Below are positions 60,689 to 63,393 of a DNA stretch of 63,393 nt, one piece after another. Made by a program: the position numbers and the translations under genes. The notes beneath the pieces were generated by a model, which was given only the letters and a program-made list of their open reading frames with translations, was not told the origin of the DNA and did no database searches. The stretch's first letter is position 1, and the number at the start of each line of letters is the position of its first letter. The stretch comes from Candidatus Adlerbacteria bacterium (GTDB lineage Bacteria; Patescibacteriota; Minisyncoccia; Phycocordibacterales; SBAW01): the NCBI GenBank assembly GCA_903878285.1, contig CAIRHB010000013.1, positions 1 to 63,393 of the forward strand, read 5' to 3'.

Positions 60689-60879
60689 ATCGCGCCGACG
60701 TATGCTTCTACGTTTTCTGGCATGCGAGTAAGAATCGGGTCATGATTCCCCGCGTCTCTTGCCTTCTGTAGTGCATCACGGAGTGTCTTGCCCGAGCCAA
60801 GCACTGTCAGCTCATCGTCCGCAAGTGCAACCCACAATCCTTTATATTTCTTCTGTGTTTTAGTCCAGTCGATTGCCAT
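60685..60879 (-). CDS. Small DUF5678-like protein
   Basis: 64 aa. The KYKGLWVALADDELTVLGSGKTL...ARDAG pattern resembles small proteins commonly encoded upstream of retropepsin-like genes. Confidence 0.45.
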   Translation of the reverse strand: MAIDWTKTQKKYKGLWVALADDELTVLGSGKTLRDALQKARDAGNHDPILTRMPENVEAYVGAI

Positions 60880-60907
60880 ACAACTAGTATATCAAATTAC
60901 CCATCAG

Positions 60908-61600
60908 CTACCACCCCTTTGCCTCAAGTGCGCGGCGCGCGGCGGTTTGCTCGGCCTCTTGTTTGGATTTGCCTTCGCCCTGCGCAAGGAGTATCTCTTT
61001 AACATACACCCCAACGAGAAAGTGTTTGTCGTGGTCGGGGCCGGTCTCCTTGAGCACCGAGTAGTATGGCGTTGATCCCTCGACCTCTTGCGCCTTTTCC
61101 TGCAGGGTCGACTTAGCATCCTGCCACAGACGCTTCTCGAGAATGTCGGTGAGTTTTGGTAGAAGCGACATGGCGATAAACTGCTTCGCTGCGTCGTAGC
61201 CTTGGTCGATGTAGATTGCGCCCACCACTGCCTCGAACGCGTTCGCGAGCAAAATCTGCCGCGCACGACCATTGTCCTTTGCCTCGCCACGCGAGAGCAA
61301 TAGGTAGTCGTTCATCCCCAACTCGCCCGCTACCTCAGCGCAGGTAACCGCGTTGACCAGCGCCGCGCGGTAGGACGTCAACTCGCCTTCATCTTTGTGT
61401 GGAAATGTTTCGAACAAGTAGTGCGTCGAGACAAGCTCGAGCACTGCGTCGCCGAGGAACTCGAGCCGCTCGTTGTGGGTGAGCGCCTCGCCGCGATGCT
61501 CGTTGATGTATGAGCGGTGCGTAAACGCTTGACGCAAGAGTGCCTGATCGTGGAACGAGAATCCTAATTTCCCTTCAAATGTCGTAAAATCTTTTTCCAT
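60908..61600 (-). CDS. rnc: Ribonuclease III
   Basis: Signature NERLEFLGDAVL plus a C-terminal dsRBD. Confidence 0.95.
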   Translation of the reverse strand: MEKDFTTFEGKLGFSFHDQALLRQAFTHRSYINEHRGEALTHNERLEFLGDAVLELVSTHYLFETFPHKDEGELTSYRAALVNAVTCAEVAGELGMNDYLLLSRGEAKDNGRARQILLANAFEAVVGAIYIDQGYDAAKQFIAMSLLPKLTDILEKRLWQDAKSTLQEKAQEVEGSTPYYSVLKETGPDHDKHFLVGVYVKEILLAQGEGKSKQEAEQTAARRALEAKGW

Positions 61601-61608
61601 AGCATCCG

Positions 61609-62499
61609 TTACTTAGTGGCCAGTTGTTCTACCCCTTTGAGCACGACTGGCAGCATATCGTCATAAAAGTTGAGCTCGAGCGCGTCCTTGAGAAGAAACC
61701 ATTTTGCATCATCGAGCCCGCCCTTCTGCGCAAGCGCAATGTCCGTAAACGGCGACTCTGCGAGAAAGTAAATCACATGCTTGCGCTTTTTGCCGACCGC
61801 GGGGTCGGACGCGACGTACTCGTTCTCGCCCAAGCGCTCTTTAGGGGTGATGTCGAGCCCAATCTCCTCTTTGATCTTGCGCACCACACCTGCCTCTGGT
61901 GTCTCTTCGGGAATGAGCTTGCCCTTCGACAGTGTCCAATGCCCGAAGATGTCATGCACGAGTGCAAGATACACCTCTGCACCTTGATGCGCAAACACAA
62001 CCGCACCGACGAGCCGCTCCAGCGGGAGTTGGTCATACGGCACGTCTTTTTTCTTTTTAGAAATCTCGTCCTTGCCTGGCTCGCCGAGCTCTTTGTAGAC
62101 CGCGCCGAGAACGCCGTTGACGAAGCGGCCGCTGTTGTCGCCGCCGAAGCTTTTTGCTAGCTCGATCGCCTCGTTGATGGCAACCTTCGCGGGAACTTTT
62201 TCTCGATCAGAAAAGAGGAGCTCGAAGAGCCCGAGCCGCAGGACGTTGCGGTCGATCGGCGCGATGCGCTCGATAGGCCACTCGGGCGCCGCTTTTTCGA
62301 TCACCAGGTCGAGGTCGACCCTGTGCGAGAGCGTGCCGCGGAGGAGCTCCTCCATAAACGGCAAATCCCCCGCGCCGGGGGCAAACTCGTCGGCATTGCG
62401 ACGCAGGATATCGACCGCGATCGCAGAGCTGCAATCGCGAAACTCGCACTCGAAGAGTGTCTGGAGAACGACTGATCGTGAGAGGTGCCGATTTGCCAT
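61609..62499 (-). CDS. nusB: NusB antitermination factor fused to a C-terminal NUDIX-like domain
   Basis: Residues 1 to about 140 are NusB (AINEAIELAKSFGGDNSGRFVNGVLG). Residues from about 165 carry the near-Nudix box GKLIPEETPEAGVVRKIKEEIGL. Confidence 0.75.
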   Translation of the reverse strand: MANRHLSRSVVLQTLFECEFRDCSSAIAVDILRRNADEFAPGAGDLPFMEELLRGTLSHRVDLDLVIEKAAPEWPIERIAPIDRNVLRLGLFELLFSDREKVPAKVAINEAIELAKSFGGDNSGRFVNGVLGAVYKELGEPGKDEISKKKKDVPYDQLPLERLVGAVVFAHQGAEVYLALVHDIFGHWTLSKGKLIPEETPEAGVVRKIKEEIGLDITPKERLGENEYVASDPAVGKKRKHVIYFLAESPFTDIALAQKGGLDDAKWFLLKDALELNFYDDMLPVVLKGVEQLATK

Positions 62500-62575
62500 T
62501 GTGTAGAAGAACGACCCGAGGAACCGACCGCAGGGAGAGCACCGAAAGAAAATGCGCGAACAACTCTATACTACA

Positions 62576-62803
62576 CTACTTCTTCGTAGCAGCTTCTTTC
62601 TTTGCCTTCCGAGCAACTTTTGCCGTCGCCTTCTTTGCCACGTCGACGACGACGCGCCCACGGTAGCGACCACACGACGCGCATGCGCGATGCGACACGC
62701 GGACAGCGCCACACTCGCAGGTCGCGAGCGTCTGCGCCTTGAGCGCGTGATGCGAACGGCGGTTAGCCGTGTGCGCGCGCGTATGTCTCATGCGGACTAC
62801 CAT
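62576..62803 (-). CDS. rpmF: 50S ribosomal protein L32
   Basis: The ATG at 62803 gives [21 protein letters not shown]...CECG...CASCG. Confidence 0.85.
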   Translation of the reverse strand: MVVRMRHTRAHTANRRSHHALKAQTLATCECGAVRVSHRACASCGRYRGRVVVDVAKKATAKVARKAKKEAATKK

Positions 62804-62922
62804 ACTGGGCAATGTACCAAATAGACCCATAAAAAGCAATCCCCCAAGCTGTGCATGCAAATGATTGCAGTGGCATAGCTCGGGGAACTGGAGGGCGAAT
62901 GCTACTGTAGAACTAAAATGCG

Positions 62923-63135
62923 TCAGGCAGCTTGAGACATCTGCGATGCACAAGCAATTTCAGAAATAAGCGGCGCAGGAATAATTCCAAGCATACGACA
63001 AGTTACAAGTCCTGTAGCGTACTCAATGGATATGCAACTTGAACATTTTGTACATTGGCATTTGTGTGCCGAAACAGGTCTCGAATCAGCATCGTAGACA
63101 TATCCAGTAGCAGCACTGCCTTGCGTCAACGACAC
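62923..63135 (-). CDS. Possible small Cys/Ser/Thr-rich protein (70 aa)
   Basis: GTG start with GAGGAG 9 nt upstream and a TATATA box further upstream. No family recognised. It sits where YceD/DUF177 is usually found upstream of rpmF. Confidence 0.3.
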   Translation of the reverse strand: MSLTQGSAATGYVYDADSRPVSAHKCQCTKCSSCISIEYATGLVTCRMLGIIPAPLISEIACASQMSQAA

Positions 63136-63393
63136 GACGACGAACTCCTCACTCTCTTTTTGTTAACATAGCCCCTTGTGGAGCTTTTGGTTTTACCCCA
63201 GGCGACGCACGGAACAGCAGACTTTTATATACCACAGAAACAGAAAAATTGCTACGATTTTTTGCGTAACCCCTCACACCCCCAATCCCCACCACCACAC
63301 CTGACCCCCTTGCGGTAATGGTACACTGTGTGTCAGGTATGGCGCTCACACCAGAATACATACGCACCCGCATGGTCGAGTGGCGCAATCTCA

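Noticed and set aside
63330-63393. A tRNA-like string at the window edge (ggtcgagtggcgcaatc resembles a D-arm).
   Set aside because: I could not build an acceptor stem starting at the right distance, and the sequence is cut by the window end. It is unsupported.

Overview
This is 63.4 kb of densely coding bacterial chromosome that looks GC-rich (roughly 55-60% GC by eye, not computed). It holds about 60 protein genes on both strands. I recognised no rRNA, tRNA, CRISPR array, transposase or integrase. Housekeeping backbone: dnaG-rpoD, one 2282-codon ORF that fuses rpoB to rpoC, rpsP-KH-NUDIX-trmD, rnr, a short hinge-less smc, rnc, a nusB-NUDIX fusion, rpmF, hisS, a truB-like gene, tsaC, uppP and rdgB. 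An envelope/glycan block spans 9.3-19.2 kb: UppP, two DedA paralogs, GT2, GT4, a cupin PMI-like gene, three GH130 domains and a PMM-like HAD. A secreted-protein cluster lies at 1.2-4.3 kb. A 2026-aa LamG+FN3 surface protein is followed by an orphan FtsX-type permease. A two-component cluster includes a DHp-REC protein with no ATPase domain. Several visibly AT-richer accessory inserts stand out. (i) An EcoRI-methylase-family MTase, a DUF262-HNH nuclease and a small ORF lie between rnr and smc. (ii) A heptad-repeat protein and an overlapping DUF5678-like / retropepsin-like / HhH-GPD-like trio lie between smc and rnc. (iii) An ATP-grasp plus class I amidotransferase pair lies between trmD and rpoBC. 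(iv) A GxSxG hydrolase-like orphan interrupts the glycan block. (v) There is a HigB/HigA-like toxin-antitoxin pair. Two small palindromic repeat families are present, and one copy sits in frame inside trmD. The gene fusions, minimal SMC, missing rimM and leaderless-looking starts fit a reduced-genome lineage such as Patescibacteria/CPR, but that is inference only. All family calls rest on motifs read from the translations and need HMM or BLAST confirmation.
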